From Salpingoeca rosetta (Eukaryota; Protista; Choanoflagellata): a DNA stretch of 64,000 nt. Below, one piece after another: positions 34,812 to 55,100 of this stretch. Each line of letters opens with the position of its first letter. Positions within the stretch are counted from its first letter, which is position 1. Made by a program: the position numbers and the translations under genes. Under the pieces are notes generated by a model that did not search any database, was not told the origin of the DNA, and saw only the letters and a program-made list of their open reading frames with translations. The stretch covers positions 1,008,671 through 1,072,670 of the forward strand of contig JAWQFM010000011.1 in the NCBI GenBank assembly GCA_033442325.1, written 5' to 3'.

Positions 34812-36281
34812 ATGTAAGTGTGTACATGAACATGAATGCGTGTGTGTGGGGGGGGGTGTCGAATGCTTGGTAAAGTGGTGAGAGGCAATCAATTGGTTGG
34901 GTGTTTGCTTAATTGCGGGAGCGATACTGCCTCGAAGCAAGGAGGAAAGGGAAAGGATGGGCTGTGAATCAACGGGCTGGAGAAGGGAAAGGAAGCGAAG
35001 CGCAGTCTCAACTCTCCCTGAAACCATAGGTTGACAAGGCGCGGGTGATGAGGTGCTGCGAGACGACTGACCGCCCACGAGTTTGATGAGAAAGAGACCT
35101 GCGATGCCGTGCATAACGGCATCGTTCATGTACGCCGGCATCTCAAGGAACCTACGAGTGAGGGTAAGCAAGTGAGGGTGTGTGTGAGAGAGTGTGTGAG
35201 TGTGTGTGAGTGTGAGTGTGTGTGAGTGTGTGAGTGTGTGAGTGAGTGTGTTTGCAGAGAAGAACGTGGCATGATGCAAACGCACTTATCAATCTTGGTG
35301 ACGGCTTCGTGGAAGTTCCCTTTGCGGGCGAAGAAGCATGCAATCTCCAGGGCGTATCGCAATTTCTGCGCAGTGCACAGGGCACACACACATACACACA
35401 TACACAACGCACATAAGCACACTCACATACGCGCGCACACACACACACACACACACACTCGCACACGCACGCACACGCACACACGCACACACACGAACAC
35501 GCACACACGCACACACACGAACACGCACATTATCCACACGCGTGTGCTGGCAACGATGGGGCCAAGCAAGTACGAGGATGTGGTTGATACAAACTGCATG
35601 CACATGGAAGGATGGATACGCACCTCGCTCGTGAATCGAGCAGCAATGAGGGTACAAAAGTTGACGATGGCGTGTGTGTTTGTGGCGAGCAGCTCCAGTG
35701 CGACATGAAGACATATCTGGCATTTGCAATGCAGCCACGTGATCATGAGTATTTGAATGTCGAGAGCAAGGTGCACGAATGAACATGAAGGTGCCATGTT
35801 ACGCAGTTGACAGCGCACAGTCCACAAAGAAACAGGCGCAGGCAGCTACAGACAGAGACAGTGGCAGAGAGCAACGCTCTCTGCATTCACACACGCACAC
35901 GAAACACACACACACACACGCACACACGAAACACACACACACACACGCACACACGCACGCACGCACAGACAGCACAAGACCTCCAAATACACTCCCCCCC
36001 CTCTCTGTCGTTCTGTGCCTGACCGGCAAGATGTGGGGGACGATGTCTGGGCGAGAGAGGATGCAGTGGGCCACGTCCTTTGCCTCCTCCCAGCGAGCCT
36101 CTCGGGCCAATTGCAGCAGCCGGTTGGCGGCTGCATAAGCAAAGGTTCGCCCCGGTGCCCTCTCGCTCTTTGAGAGGATGACAAACTCCTCCTCGCTCAG
36201 CGCTGTTTGGACATCGAGCAGGTCCACGGGGCGCGGAATCTTGGCCCTGCGCAAGGCCATGAGCACAACGTGCGACAGCAT
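31047..36281 (-). CDS. Multi-exon helical-repeat protein with long acidic tail; putative TAF1A/Rrn11-like RNA polymerase I factor
   Basis: Exons [96 protein letters not shown] follow the block order recalled for TAF1A (RWQQAA, DPFVKSYVEML, ILYQIVPSH, RKNWWP). Terminal ORF 31047-32699 is D/E-rich. The gene is well supported; the family is tentative. Confidence 0.55.
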
Positions 36282-36493
36282 GACGGCCGCAGACAGCGTC
36301 CCTCACGAGGGCGTCCGCTGGCTTGGTCCCTTCCTTCCGATACACCCGTCCCGTGCACGATGCACACACAGACGCTGCATTGGACAAGCACCAACACCAA
36401 CAGACAACAAACAACCTGCTGCCTCTTCTTCCGCCTATTTCAGTTTTTGCTGACTCGGCATTTTTCGTGCGCTCTGTTCGAACACCAACAAAG

Positions 36494-37686
36494 ATGGCTG
36501 ATGACAGGCAGCATCCAAACCAAGCACCACCAACAGCAAGGACCAGGGGCAGCCACGGCCACCATGGCCGTGGTGGTACCGGTGGCGGCGGAAATGGTGC
36601 GGGACGACGAAGGGAACGGCATGAGAAGCTACGGCTGAACAAGCCGAAGCGTGCACCGCCTGCACCGCCTCCGATGTCGCCCGGCTCCACCGCCGGCACC
36701 ACCAGCACCGCCAGCACCACCAGCACCACCAAACAGCAGCCGCAGCAGCTACAGAAAGCGGCGTTGCCGCAGCGTGGAGATCATGGCGCAGGGAAGCAAT
36801 CACAACGCACCGGCAACAAGCAGGCGCCATCGCCGTTCTCGCACAGCAACCCGTTCAATCCGTTTGCTCAGGATATGGATGCTGAGGAACCGCTGAAGCC
36901 CAGAGCCACGAAAGGCTGCAGAGCTGATGACCAGTTCAACACGGAGGTCGCCTTTGACACTGCAGGTGCTGATGGCGATGCGGCAGCAAATCGCGGCGGC
37001 AATGCAAGTGCAGATGCTACTCGCAGCGGTAGCTGCTGTGCTAGCAGTTATGGCCGTGCAAGTAGCGCCGATGACAGCTGGCTGGAAGAGGCTGCCCGCA
37101 TGTTCAGCTGCAGCTCCGCCAGCACGCCATCTGCAAGAAGCAGCAACGGCCGCATCAGCTACAACGGTGCAAGCCAGGATTGCCCAACCACGACCACAAC
37201 CACAACCACGACCACGGCAGCGATGGCCATGGAAGCGACGACGGCGATAAAGACGACAGCATCTCAATCAGGCAGCGCGGTTCTTCCCACACGCCCTTCG
37301 CCATCGCAGGCGTTATCCACGCTCCAGCACCACCAGCAGGCACAGTCTCGTTCGACTGGTGCAACCGCGAGCAGCCCGGCTGCAGTGGAGCGCCCAGGTG
37401 ATCAAGCCGCCACCGATCACCACGCACACGACCGACGCGTTGGCAGTGCCAACGGCCACAGCAACAGCGGCAGCAGTGGCGCGAGCACCGGCACCAGCTC
37501 ATCGCCATCGCGGCGGGCGTCCCCCGCGCAGGACGCGGCGTCGTCGGCGCAGCGGCACCAACCGCGCGTGCTCATTCGCGACGGCAAACCGGTCGTTATG
37601 CACGCTGCCATCGACAACCTTACCATGGAGCAGCGGCTCCAGGTCCTCCTCGCCGTCAAGGTTGTGCACGCTGGGACGCGCTAGTT

Positions 37687-37722
<36 letters not shown>

Positions 37723-38754
37723 TGAGTGTGCTTGTACGTGTGTGTGTGTGTGCTTGTACGTGTGTGTGTGCTTGTACGTGTGTGTGTGTATGTGTGTGTG
37801 TGTTTTGTGTATCTGTGTGTACGTGTGCGTGTGCATTTATGTGTCTGATTTGTGGCGATCAGTGTCCCGATCCCCCTGTCCCAGCGCATGCCTCTCCATG
37901 TCTCCGCCCTTGACGACGGCAGCGGGATCTCAACGCCTCCACTGCTCCCGCTGTTTGACTTGATATGGGGTTGAACAGGACGGTGTTCTGTCACAGGATG
38001 AAGCACTAACGCTCGCAAAAGAGGTGAAGCAGCAGCTTTGCTACAACTCAACTGCCGTAATAAGCATGTGCTGGGTTTGACTTGTAGTCACCAGCCATCA
38101 GCTCACTCGTTCCAAACATCACCACCACCACCACTTGTTGCCACTGCTTTGAAGATTGAGGATGCCGTGTTGGCCAATGACAGCACACGCGTTCAGGAAC
38201 TCCTGCGCAAAACCAGACCGTACGTCACATCAATGCACCCGACACCGTGCGCCACTCGCGCGTGTCCAACTCGTGTTGTCGTGTTGTCGTTGATTCTCGC
38301 TTGTCTTGCGACACCGTGCTGGCTTGCGCTGCGTCTTGCTTGACCCTGCAATTCACCTGTTGTTTTGGTATGTCGCCCTCATGTCCATGCATGTGTACAT
38401 CTCTGTGTGCTGTGTGTAATTGTGTGCGTGCGTGCGTGCGTGTGTGTGTGTGTGTGTGTGTTTGCATGTGTGCGTGAAACACCTGTGTGTGTGAAACACC
38501 TGTGTGTGTGTCTGTGTGTGTGTGTTTGCATGTGTGCCAACTCTTTCCATCAGGCCGATGATCACATCGAAAGACATTGTCATCCCCACTGATGGTCCGG
38601 ACAATGCGGGCCCACAAGCCACCTCCACCTCCCAAGTACAGGTGAACACCAACGTCCGCTCGTCTGTGCATGTGTGTGTGTGTGCATGCATGTGTGAGAG
38701 TGTGTGTGTTTTTGTGTGTGTGTGTGCTTTTGTGTGTGTGTGTGTGTGTGTGTG

Positions 38755-38835
<81 letters not shown>

Positions 38836-39293
38836 CGTTGGGGGGTTCTGCTGGTGGCGTTTCGCTCATATGAATGCCCTGCCACGTGTGCATCTGCGCA
38901 TGTGTGCACCTGTATATGTATGTGTGCGTGTATGTCGTAGGAGGACATTGACGCGGAGTGTTTGGCCATGCTGTCGAACTCACAGCGCCTCAAACTCTTG
39001 CAAAGGTGGGCACTTCTGTTCGAATGTGTGTGCGTGTATGTAAGTGAGAGTGTAAGTGTTGCTCCGATGTGCGCTCTGTTACACTGCAAGTGCATCGAGT
39101 ACTCTCAATCAAACTCTACAACACTATCTGCACCCACGCATGCACACGCGCACACACATGGTGTCTGTCTGACAGCGTGGCCTCTGGCGAAATGACCATG
39201 ACACAAGCGCTTGCAGCGGCGCAGACGCAAATCGAGGTGATGCCCCATGGTTGAACCACCATGTGTTCTATGTGGATGCGTGAATATCACGCG

Positions 39294-39344
<51 letters not shown>

Positions 39345-40574
39345 TTTTGCTCGGCTGTTGATTACCTGGTACCACCGCTCTCGGCCGTTGCCTGCGGTGC
39401 GCTCACCTTCATCTCCGCTGCTTGCAGGCTGCGAAATGGCTGCACGATGTCACTGTCAGCACCACCCCGCCATCCAGAAGGTGGCTTAACCTGAACTGCG
39501 CTTGGCTTCGTATTCGTTTACTTGCAAGTTTGCATGCTCCCGCGCTTGCATGCAATGCAGCCCTGCGCACACGTCCACCACTCACCACTGTGCACGCTCA
39601 CACGCGCCTGCAGGCGATCGTTTCTGCGACATTTGTCGCTGTCGAGTACAAAGCGGCCGCAGCAGCAGCCACGCCCGCAGCGGCGACGCAGCGCCGAGAG
39701 CCAACGACACCTGCGCACCGCAGTCAGCGAGGTAGCAGACACAGAGAGAGAGAGAGAGAGACACACAGACACACACACACAGAGACACACACACAGACAC
39801 ACACACACAGACACACACACATACACACACACATACGCATACACACACACACACATACACACACACATACACACACACGCAACCGCAACCGCAACCGCCC
39901 CTGGCGGAGTGGGCTTGCATCTTACCTGTGTGCTGCCTGTCACGCGTCACGCTACAGCCCGCTGTCCGCTTTGATCTGGATGACCGGACCGTCGGCGTGA
40001 TCCGCATTCCGCCAACGAAGGACGGGCACCGCATTCGTGGCGACGGCTGCTCGCATGCGCCCGGTGCCGACGACGGTGATGGCGGCGATGGAGACAGCGC
40101 GAATGATGACAACAACGACTCGGAAGACGACGATGATGACGACTTTGGACTCACACAACTCCCATCCTTTGACAGCGGTGCGTGCGTGTACGTGTTTGTG
40201 TCTCTGTCTGTCTGTGCTTGTGTATCTGTCTTTCTGTTTCTCTCTATCTGTCTATCTGTCCGTCTGTCTGTCTGTGTGTCTGTCTGTCCGTCTGTCTGTC
40301 TGTGTGTCTGTCTGTCCGTCCGTCTGTCTCTGTGTCTGTGTCTGCATGTCTGTGTGTCTGTCTGTCCGTCCGTCTGTCTGTCTGCCTGTCTTTATGCACG
40401 TGTTGGTGCTTATTCGTTTCCTTGATGTCAACATGTGCGTGTGTGCACATGTGTTCACAAGCCCGCGCTCTAGCTCACAACTCACGGTCGCTCCCTTTCC
40501 GTCATTGTCCGTCAGAGGAAGAAGACTTTGCTGCCGGCATTGAAGTCACGCCCATCGCCTCAAAGCGACCTTGA
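36494..40574 (+). CDS. Hypothetical protein, low-complexity N-terminus, multi-exon
   Basis: Long first exon (ATG 36494) then phase-compatible exons (IEDAVLANDSTRVQELL, EDIDAECLAML, AAKWLHDV..SRR/RSFLRHL..AVSE/PAVRFDLDD, EEEDFAAGIEVTPIASKRP*). No domain recognised. Confidence 0.65.
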
Positions 40575-40722
40575 CTGCCAACTTACTGTTACTCGCCTTT
40601 GTCTGTCGTTGTTATGCTTTCTCTGCTGTGTTCACTTCATTTATTGCACCCCGCTGTTCATACGTCGTTTGTTACCCCATAAGTGTTCTTTTCTTTGTCA
40701 GCACTGGCTACTTGGTGCATTG

Positions 40723-46484
<5,762 letters not shown>

Positions 46485-47023
46485 GCTCACAAACCCACTA
46501 AACACCAGCAGCAGGTGATGTGATGATGTGATCTGATGTCGCAATGCCCTCACTGATGTTCGTGCACGCGACACAACACACGGCTGTCCTCTCGCCACAC
46601 ACGCAAACCAAAAAGCGAAAGAGAAAAAAAAGGAGCAGCAAAACATGGTCCGAATGTTTGTTAAAGATTTCACACAATTTTCACAACCCGGAGGATGCAG
46701 TGCGTTTCGGCTGTGGAGGCGGCGCTGCACATCCATCATGTATGTGTGGATGAGTGCAAGTTAGGCCTGGAACAACCCCATGCATGAATGAGGTGTGTGT
46801 GTGTGTGTGTGCTTGCATGTGTGCGTGTACATGCACGCGCGTGTAATTTGTGGCCCCAACTGCTAGAGCGCCATCACACCAATAACACCAACACCACCAA
46901 CACCACCAACACCACCAACACCACCAACACCACCAACACCAACAACAACAACAACAACAACAACAACATTTCGTGTGAGCGTGTTTTGGATGAAAGGAGT
47001 TTGTGGTCTGTCGTTAACGACGC

Positions 47024-47071
<48 letters not shown>

Positions 47072-47119
47072 GCACACACACACACACGCCCTCACGCACG
47101 CACGCACGCGCATGTGAAG

Positions 47120-48314
47120 GTGGATGCTGAAAGCTACGACGATGGCGTACACCAGGCCACCCAAACCACGACTGCAAGAAGCAGCTGCCACGACCCAGCA
47201 GCGTACACAGACCGTGTGCTGGATGCCACTGCTTCCCTCGTCACCAGCTTGGCACACGCGCACCTGAACGGCAGAGAAGCGGGCGTGCTCAATGTTACCG
47301 TCGTAGTTGGGTCTTGGCTGGCTGCTCGAGAGGAGGATGTACGTGCGGCAAAGCAATGGGCTGCAAAGTTTGCTCTGCCCAACAGCTTGGCGGTCAGTGG
47401 GGGCGACATGTTTGATGCCGCCTCGTGGAAACACGCCACAAACAACGACAGCACACGCGCCCCTCTCGTCGCCCAGCTCGTTCGGCATCTGCTCTCCACA
47501 GTACCCGACCAACACCTGCCAAGCACTCATGCAGCGCAGGACGCCAGCACCAGATTGGCGACGGACCAGTGCGATGACCCCATCGCAGCCCAGCACTTCC
47601 TCGTCGACAACAACGCGGAAGACAGGGGAGAACAAGAAGAAGAAGATGATGATGATGATGAGGAGGAGGAGGAGGAGGAGGAGGAGGAGGAGGAGGAGGA
47701 GGAGGAGGAAGGCAATGCCACCGCAGCAGATGTACACGTTGAGCGAGCGTGCAGTGGCCATGAAGCTGGTACTGAGGACAGTCGTGCGGTCCAAAGCCAG
47801 GACGATGCAGGTTGCAACAGCAAGCAGCCAACGCGGCGCACGGACACCAACTCCACGCCAATCTGCTTCCATCATTTGGCAGTGCAACATGAGAGCCACT
47901 TGACTCGAGACAGCCTGTACCCCTGTCCCACAACTTTTGTGCCGCACAGTGCACACGATCTCTACGGAAACCGCTTCTACTCCGGCCCCGTGCAAGTGCG
48001 GGAGAGCCCCCTACACCTGTTCTGTGCGGGGGCGATGGCGCACGTGCTGCGGGTGCTGTGGCGGGTGAAACAGCGTGGGCTCCACGTGCGGACTCGCGTG
48101 CTGTTCTTCGGCGGCGGACGCACGGCAAAGGGCGAGGCGCAGATGCTCATCCACCCACACGCCGTCTGGTCCATGCACGGGCGAACGCCAGCACCACCTC
48201 ATGAGCCTGCTGCTGTTCGCGATAACGACGACGATGGTGGTGGTGGTGGTGACGACAACTACTACGAACATGGTGCTGGCATCACTGTGTACGCTCAAAA
48301 AGCCGTTGAAGTGG

Positions 48315-48372
<58 letters not shown>

Positions 48373-48853
48373 CCAACAACACCACCAACAACCACAACAC
48401 TGCAGGACAAAAGGTTGCCAAGCCAAAACAACCATGCAAGACACAGGCCATCTTCCCACCACCACCACCACCACCACCACCACCAGCAGCAGCAGCAGCA
48501 GCACATCTTCGCCACCACCTTCGAACGTCGACACGAGAGATGATGAGTTGCATGCTGCTGCTGTTGGGTTGGCTGATGACATGGACATGGTGTTCTTCCC
48601 TCTTCACGAGCACCCTGCTGGTCACGAGAGCCAAGATGCCGTTGGCCTGGCATACGCGTACTGCTGGCATTTGTTTGCTGGCGTGCACCATGACCACCAC
48701 GACAACGACATCACCCCGCCACACCAAGCACCTCGTTCGCTCTGGAAACACACTTGCCTTTCACCAACACCTTCCACATCTCCAACAGGCTCATCATCAC
48801 CACACCCACAACACGTACCACTACAACACTTGCAACCACACCACCCAACCTGA
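47120..48853 (+). CDS. Hypothetical protein, main exon (upstream exons probably near 46690-46980)
   Basis: ~575-codon open frame with globular-looking segments (LNVTVVVGSW, FHHLAVQHE, VLFFGGG, MVFFPL) separated by poly-E, poly-Q and poly-T tracts. Confidence 0.6.
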
Positions 48854-49039
48854 CACCACCAAGCACACGTACTTGTTAGCGACACGATAAACAGTATTCA
48901 AACGCGCCTTCGCATTTTTGCGTCCGCCAACCAACACAACGCGACCACACCTTCGCGCCTGCCTTGCTTGCTTGTTGCTTCCCCCTGCTTGCTCCTCTGC
49001 GGCTTCGCTGCTTGGCTGCCACCGCCAACGTCGAATGGG

Positions 49040-52025
49040 ATGAGAAGGGTGATGGTGGTGCAGCAACGGCGGCAGCTTAGCTCGCGGCTGGCGGTCGCTG
49101 TTGCTGCTCTTGCTGCCGTTACCCTGCTCCTCGCGGCGGGCTGTGCAGCTGATCCTGGTGCCACGCTTGCCCTCGATGCCGCTGAGCCTACTTCCAACAG
49201 GCTCGCGGGCTGTGACCAGCCGCAGGAGCAACAGCATGGCAACGATGTGGCGCCAAGTGTGAGCGACAACGCTGTGCCATCGCCCAAGCCACCACCAACA
49301 CCAGAACCAGCATCAGAACCAGAGCTCGCGCCACCCACTAACGAAGCTGCTGACAGCTCGCCAGGCGACACTGGTGGCACCGACACGCACGAAACCAGTG
49401 ACTGCAACACACTCTGCGGCGACCAGGAGCACCCGGCCAGCTCCATCACGCAGCGCGCCAACGACCTTCTCGTGGGCCGACGAAAGCACGCTCTTGAGGT
49501 GCAGCAACACGACCCTCTCACTGAAATCCAGCACACTAGTGACCACCCCGAAGCTCCGCAGGCGGAGCAAGGCACAAGTGCGCTGGACACGGCAGTTGAT
49601 CATCAAGACGCAGCTCATGCCAGCCCGAGTCATGCCCAACTCGAGAACAGCGCTCAGACGGGTGACTGGACCCACAGCGACAGCAGCTGCTCCTTCGCCA
49701 GTGACGCTGTGCTGACGCAGAATCGAGAAGCGAATGCGAGAACATTGATAGAAGAAGAAGGAGGCGGCATTGGCCTTCCGTTTCAAGTCGGTGTCTGGAC
49801 ACTCGGTGCCGCATTCATCCTCCTCCAGCTCATCATCTCCTTTCTTCTCTGTCCAAGCCAGACCACCGTACGTCCATCTTCCTGCTCTCCTTGTCGGTGC
49901 TCACGCTGCCCACCGCTGGTGTTGTTCGCTTCTTATGCACACGCGAAACATCCCATCCCAATCCCGCCCGCACACGCGCCCACTTTCACTCACACACACT
50001 CACACTCACTCACACACTCACTCACATACACACTCACTCACTCGCACACACACACGCACACACTCACACACACACTCACTCACACGCACTCACACACACA
50101 CACACTCACTCACTCACTCACTCACTCACTCACTCACTCACTCACTCACTCACTCACACACTCACTCACACTCACCCCCCCCCTCCACCTGGCGTGGTGT
50201 GCAGCACCTCTTCCTGGTCTTCCTTGGCCCGTTCTTTGACTGGGTGACGGCCGAGCACGGGAGTGGCGATGCCAAGCATGACCTCGGCCCCCGCCTGGAC
50301 ACGCGACCCGCACGCTCCATCCTCAAGACCGCGCGCAGAACCGCCGACGTGAATCGGCACGTGGTGGAGGACATCCTCAAGCAGGTGTCAGCCGTGTACG
50401 AGGCAGCAGACCGGGAACAGGACAGTGCTGATACCGCGGCCCACGCTGCTCCGGCCACAGGTCACCAGCACCACAGCCACGACCACAACCATGGGTCACG
50501 TCACCGCAGGCGCCGCCATCGACGTGCATCGAAGCAGAAGCGGCGCCGGCGACGGAGTGGTGCGGCCCTTGCTGATGCCAGCGGCACGGGCGATGATGGC
50601 AGCAGTGGAGATGTGAGCGCCTCAGCTGTCTCTCGGCGCGACAGTTTGAGCAGCAGCAGCAACGCAGACGCTGATGACAGTATCCGCCACTGTGTACGGA
50701 CAATGACCAACGATGGGGGCAGCGAATCCGATTCCATGGCACAGTCATTGCCACAGCATGCGAGTGCTGACCCCACCACGAGCACAGATGCAGCCACCAC
50801 CACCTCACCCACCTCGATTGCCACAGTCGACGCAGCGAACTCGGCCGTCCCATCTGTCACGGTGTCATCTGCCGCCACCGACACTGCACGAGATGGCACA
50901 GGTGCCGATAATGCAGGCGCTAACGTCGTGAAGCCGCAGCGTGTTGGTGTTCCGATCAGCGATGCTGATGATGATCATGATCATGAGGCCGAAAACAATG
51001 CCAATGACACTGCTAGGGACGGGGGCGACCGCCGTGAACAAGGTGGGTCGCACCAGACAGTGGGCTGCGCTGTCGCCAGTGTTGACGGTGGCGCTGTTCG
51101 ACAGAACGATCATGGTGACGACGGTGGCGACGACGGGCGCAGTGATTATGACGGCGACGATAGTCGTGAGGTTCGTCATGAGAGCGACGACAGCATCGCC
51201 GCTGACAGTGGTGACAACAGCACCACCACCTCCTCGCTGCACGATAGCGAAAGGATGGGTGGTGACAGCAGCGAAGTACAGGTGCAGGACGCAAGAGCAC
51301 GCGGACGCCAACCACGGCGATCAATGACACCAGAGACAGTGCATGACACACCCGCTGCCCGAAGCCGCCACCGCCCGCCTGGGAGGCGCCACACACGCAC
51401 GCGCGCAGGCAAGGCGAAGAAGAGTGATACGGGCGGTGATGAGGACGGAAGCTATGGCACTTCCGGCGGCAGTGATGACGGCCCTGTCCCGATTGCGGTG
51501 CAGCTGCAGGCCATTCAGCGCGCCGCCGAGCTGTGGGCGGATCTCATGGCCCAGCACGAGGGACTCGCAGACGGCAGCGGCAGCAGCGGCAGCAGTGCTA
51601 TTCCCGTTGGCATTACGCTGGGTGACGATGACGACATGTGGGGCCACAGTTGGGCTGGCGACGGTGGAGAGCACCGCCACAGACGCAACTCGTGGCTGCA
51701 CCTTGACAGCGAGCGCATTGCGCAGCAGCGGACGCTGGTACAGGCCCCGCGCACCGGTGGCCGCTGGAGCACGGTTGCATTCACCACGAAGCCTCCAGAG
51801 TCAGTCACATGCATGTTCTCTAGCGGTCACATATTTTGTGTGTGTGTTTGTGTTTGTGTTTGTGTTTGTGCTTGCGTTTGTTTGCGTTTGTTGTGGGACT
51901 GAACAGGCACACCCTGGCTCTCGAGACTCACGCACCCACGCCCCCTGCCAATCACAACGTTGCACGACGCTCACTTGTGCTCACCTCCTTGCTACCCGCT
52001 CCCCTTCTCTCCTTGTACCCCCCCC

Positions 52026-52111
<86 letters not shown>

Positions 52112-55100
52112 ATCGCCAGTGTGTTTGAGACATACGCTGCCTGGGAGTATGACCGTCGAAGTGTTCCCGTCACATACTCGTTCCTGGTAATGTACCGCAT
52201 GCCTTGCACCTGCTTCGATTGCTCTGTGTCTGTGTGTGTGTGTGTGTCTTTCTACCTGTTCACCTGCCTGCTGCCTGCCTGTTTGTCTCTTTGTCCGTCT
52301 GTCTGTCTGACTGTCTGTGTGACCTCGCCTTCACGCCTTCACTGAAGCACAGCACACATGCCCACGCCTCACACCTCGGCGATGTCGTGTTTTGACCACT
52401 TCTCTCGGACCCGCCCACATGCACAGGCTGATGAAGAAGAGCTGAGCGGCACTGGCACGGCATCAGGCGCCTCCCCGCGCGGCCGCATCAGTGCTGCCAG
52501 CATCGCCAGCCAGCGGCAGGGCTCGCCGCACGCCTCCGTCTACAGGCTTGAGGCCATCCCAGAGGAGGAGGAAGGGACGTTGCGGCTGCACCAGCAACAC
52601 CAGCAGCAGGGGTTCAAGGGTGACAGTCGCGCTGAAGTGCAAGACAGTGCTGGTGGTGGTGGTGGTGGTGGTGGTGACGATCAAAGCGCTGGGCTTGGTA
52701 CAGCACGTCAGGGTGTGACGGTAGCTGCTGGAGTGTGCATTGGAGTGGATGAAGTCGAGAAGGCGAATGAGGCACCACTGCAGCAGAAGCAAATTGCAAC
52801 TCAGGCCAAAGGAACCAGCACACACGCAAACTCCACGTCACCATCAGCAACAGCGCCGCCGTCATCCTCTGCGTCCTCCCTTGAGCCAACGTCATGTCAA
52901 CCGGCCGCAACAGTGAGCCAAGCCAAGGCCATGGACACCACTTCGGCGCCTATGCACCCCGGTGCTGACACGCAACAGGCGCCCATCATCAATATGACGC
53001 AAGCGGACGGCAGTGTCGATGACGACGACGACAGCAGCAGCAGCAGCAGCAGAACCACCACTGAAGCCGCAGTAAAGGGGAAGCGCAATGCCGTGCACGG
53101 CGAACAAGCAGGCGTGACCAACAACAATAGTCGCGACCATGCCCGCCACCGGCATCAACGCGACCACGAAGAAGGCGATGGCGAGCAGACAAACCACACG
53201 GTCACAGCCGCCACAACAGCCGCCATCGTCGCCAATAACACCACCAGCAACACCAGCAACACCACCAGCACCAGCACGAGCCACGCTCAGCTTGAGGGTT
53301 CGGATGATCATGACGACCACCATCACCATCATCGCCGTCGCGGCCGCCGCAGCCACCACGAACACCGCCGCCGCCGTGATCGCCACAGCCACGACAGTGC
53401 CCACGGTGACAGCAGCGCTCACGCGGTTGCTGACAAGAGCGATGGCCGGCGCACACGAATGCCCGGTCTGGTCACGACATCCTCCATCGCTGAGGATGCG
53501 CACATGTCTGTGCTTCCCTTTGTGACAGCACACGACGTGGACGATGACGATGCAGCGTCCTCTCTTGATGGCTCCATCTTTTCGCTGCACGATGTATTTG
53601 GAGACGACGCGAGCTTCGATGAACGTCACCATAGCCAGCAGCAAGCGGAGCGTGGCCGTCGTGGCAGCGGTGGCGGCAGTGCGCACCGCCGCGACGACAA
53701 CCCACCACGAGCCGCTTTAACTGAACGCTCACGCACTGACTCATCCCCACACTCCTCATCATCATCATCGCCCTCGGTATCGGGCTCATCTTCATCGCCA
53801 TCACAACCGCCAACACCAGACGCACGCGCACGGCATGCACCATCACTCCCACCAGGAACAAAGACAACGAGAGCAGCAACGTCATCAACAAGAACATTAA
53901 GGAACGCACCGCCGTCGCCAACATCGACCCGCGCCATCTCTGCCACCCGCCGCGCCCTGCTGCGCCGTCAGCCCAGCGTCGATCTCGAGTCGTGGGAGCT
54001 CAAGACCGAGGACACAACACGGCGGACCCGTCTCACCCGTGGCCGGTCGCCACGCGTCTCCACGTCGCTGTCACCGCCGCTATCACCTGTACTGCCGCGT
54101 GCTCCCTTTGCGCCCTCGCCCCGCTCTGGCTCCGTCTCTCCATCAATTTCTCCAGACCCAACCGCTGAGCGGCGTGCACTGCTCACATCCCCGCAGGCGG
54201 GCGGCCTAGGCGGTCACGATGACAGCGGCGGTGGCAGCAGCAACGAGGGTGACGTCGGTGCGGCGGACGAGTGGTCCGATGACGATCGCATTGGATCCGG
54301 CGCCGATGACACAGCCGATACGGCACTGGGCCAACTTCGTAAACGACTCTCCTCACTCGAGTGCGTTTTCACGCCTGCGTCTCTTTCTTTTCCGCATCTG
54401 CCTCTGTACTTGTGTGTATGTATGTGTGTGTGTGTGTGTCTTTGTGTGTGAATGTGGTTGCGAACCTTTGTGTCAACCATTACGATTACCCCCAGTGTCC
54501 TTGCATGCATGCTGACACCAAACTCGCGCACGTCCCTTCTGTACCCTTACCCTCGATCCAGGGTGTTTACGACAGCTGCGGACCAACAGACGCAAGACCG
54601 CATCATACATCGTTGGGAACAGCTGCAACGTGAGAAGCGGCGACGGCGAGCGGCCATCCAGGCAAGTCGCCAGGCCACGCTCGCACGCGTCGAGAAGGAA
54701 CGCAAGGAACAGCAGAAAGAGAACAGGCAACAGGCTCTCGAACGGGCGCTGCGTAAGTTCGGTGATGTTCGTGTGTTGTCAGTGCGTACACATGCAACTC
54801 ACGCCATGTCTCGCTTGAAGTCATTATTGTGTTCTGTTCTGCGCAATACTTCAACTGCCAACGCTGGTGCCGGTACTAACAACCGCCGTGGTTCGTGGTT
54901 GCTTGACCTCGCTTTGCGTTCAGGGTGCCGCTCGCTGTCCACACGGTCGTCAACAAGCGAGAACGGCGCAACTGCGGCGTCCCTCCTGCCACCACGGCCA
55001 AGCACCGCCATGGGTGCTGGCGATGCGCGGGCGCGCCGGCCACACCGCCAGCGTAACGCAAGCGAGGACGGCCTTGGGGCCACGTCCCCGCCCCGTCATG

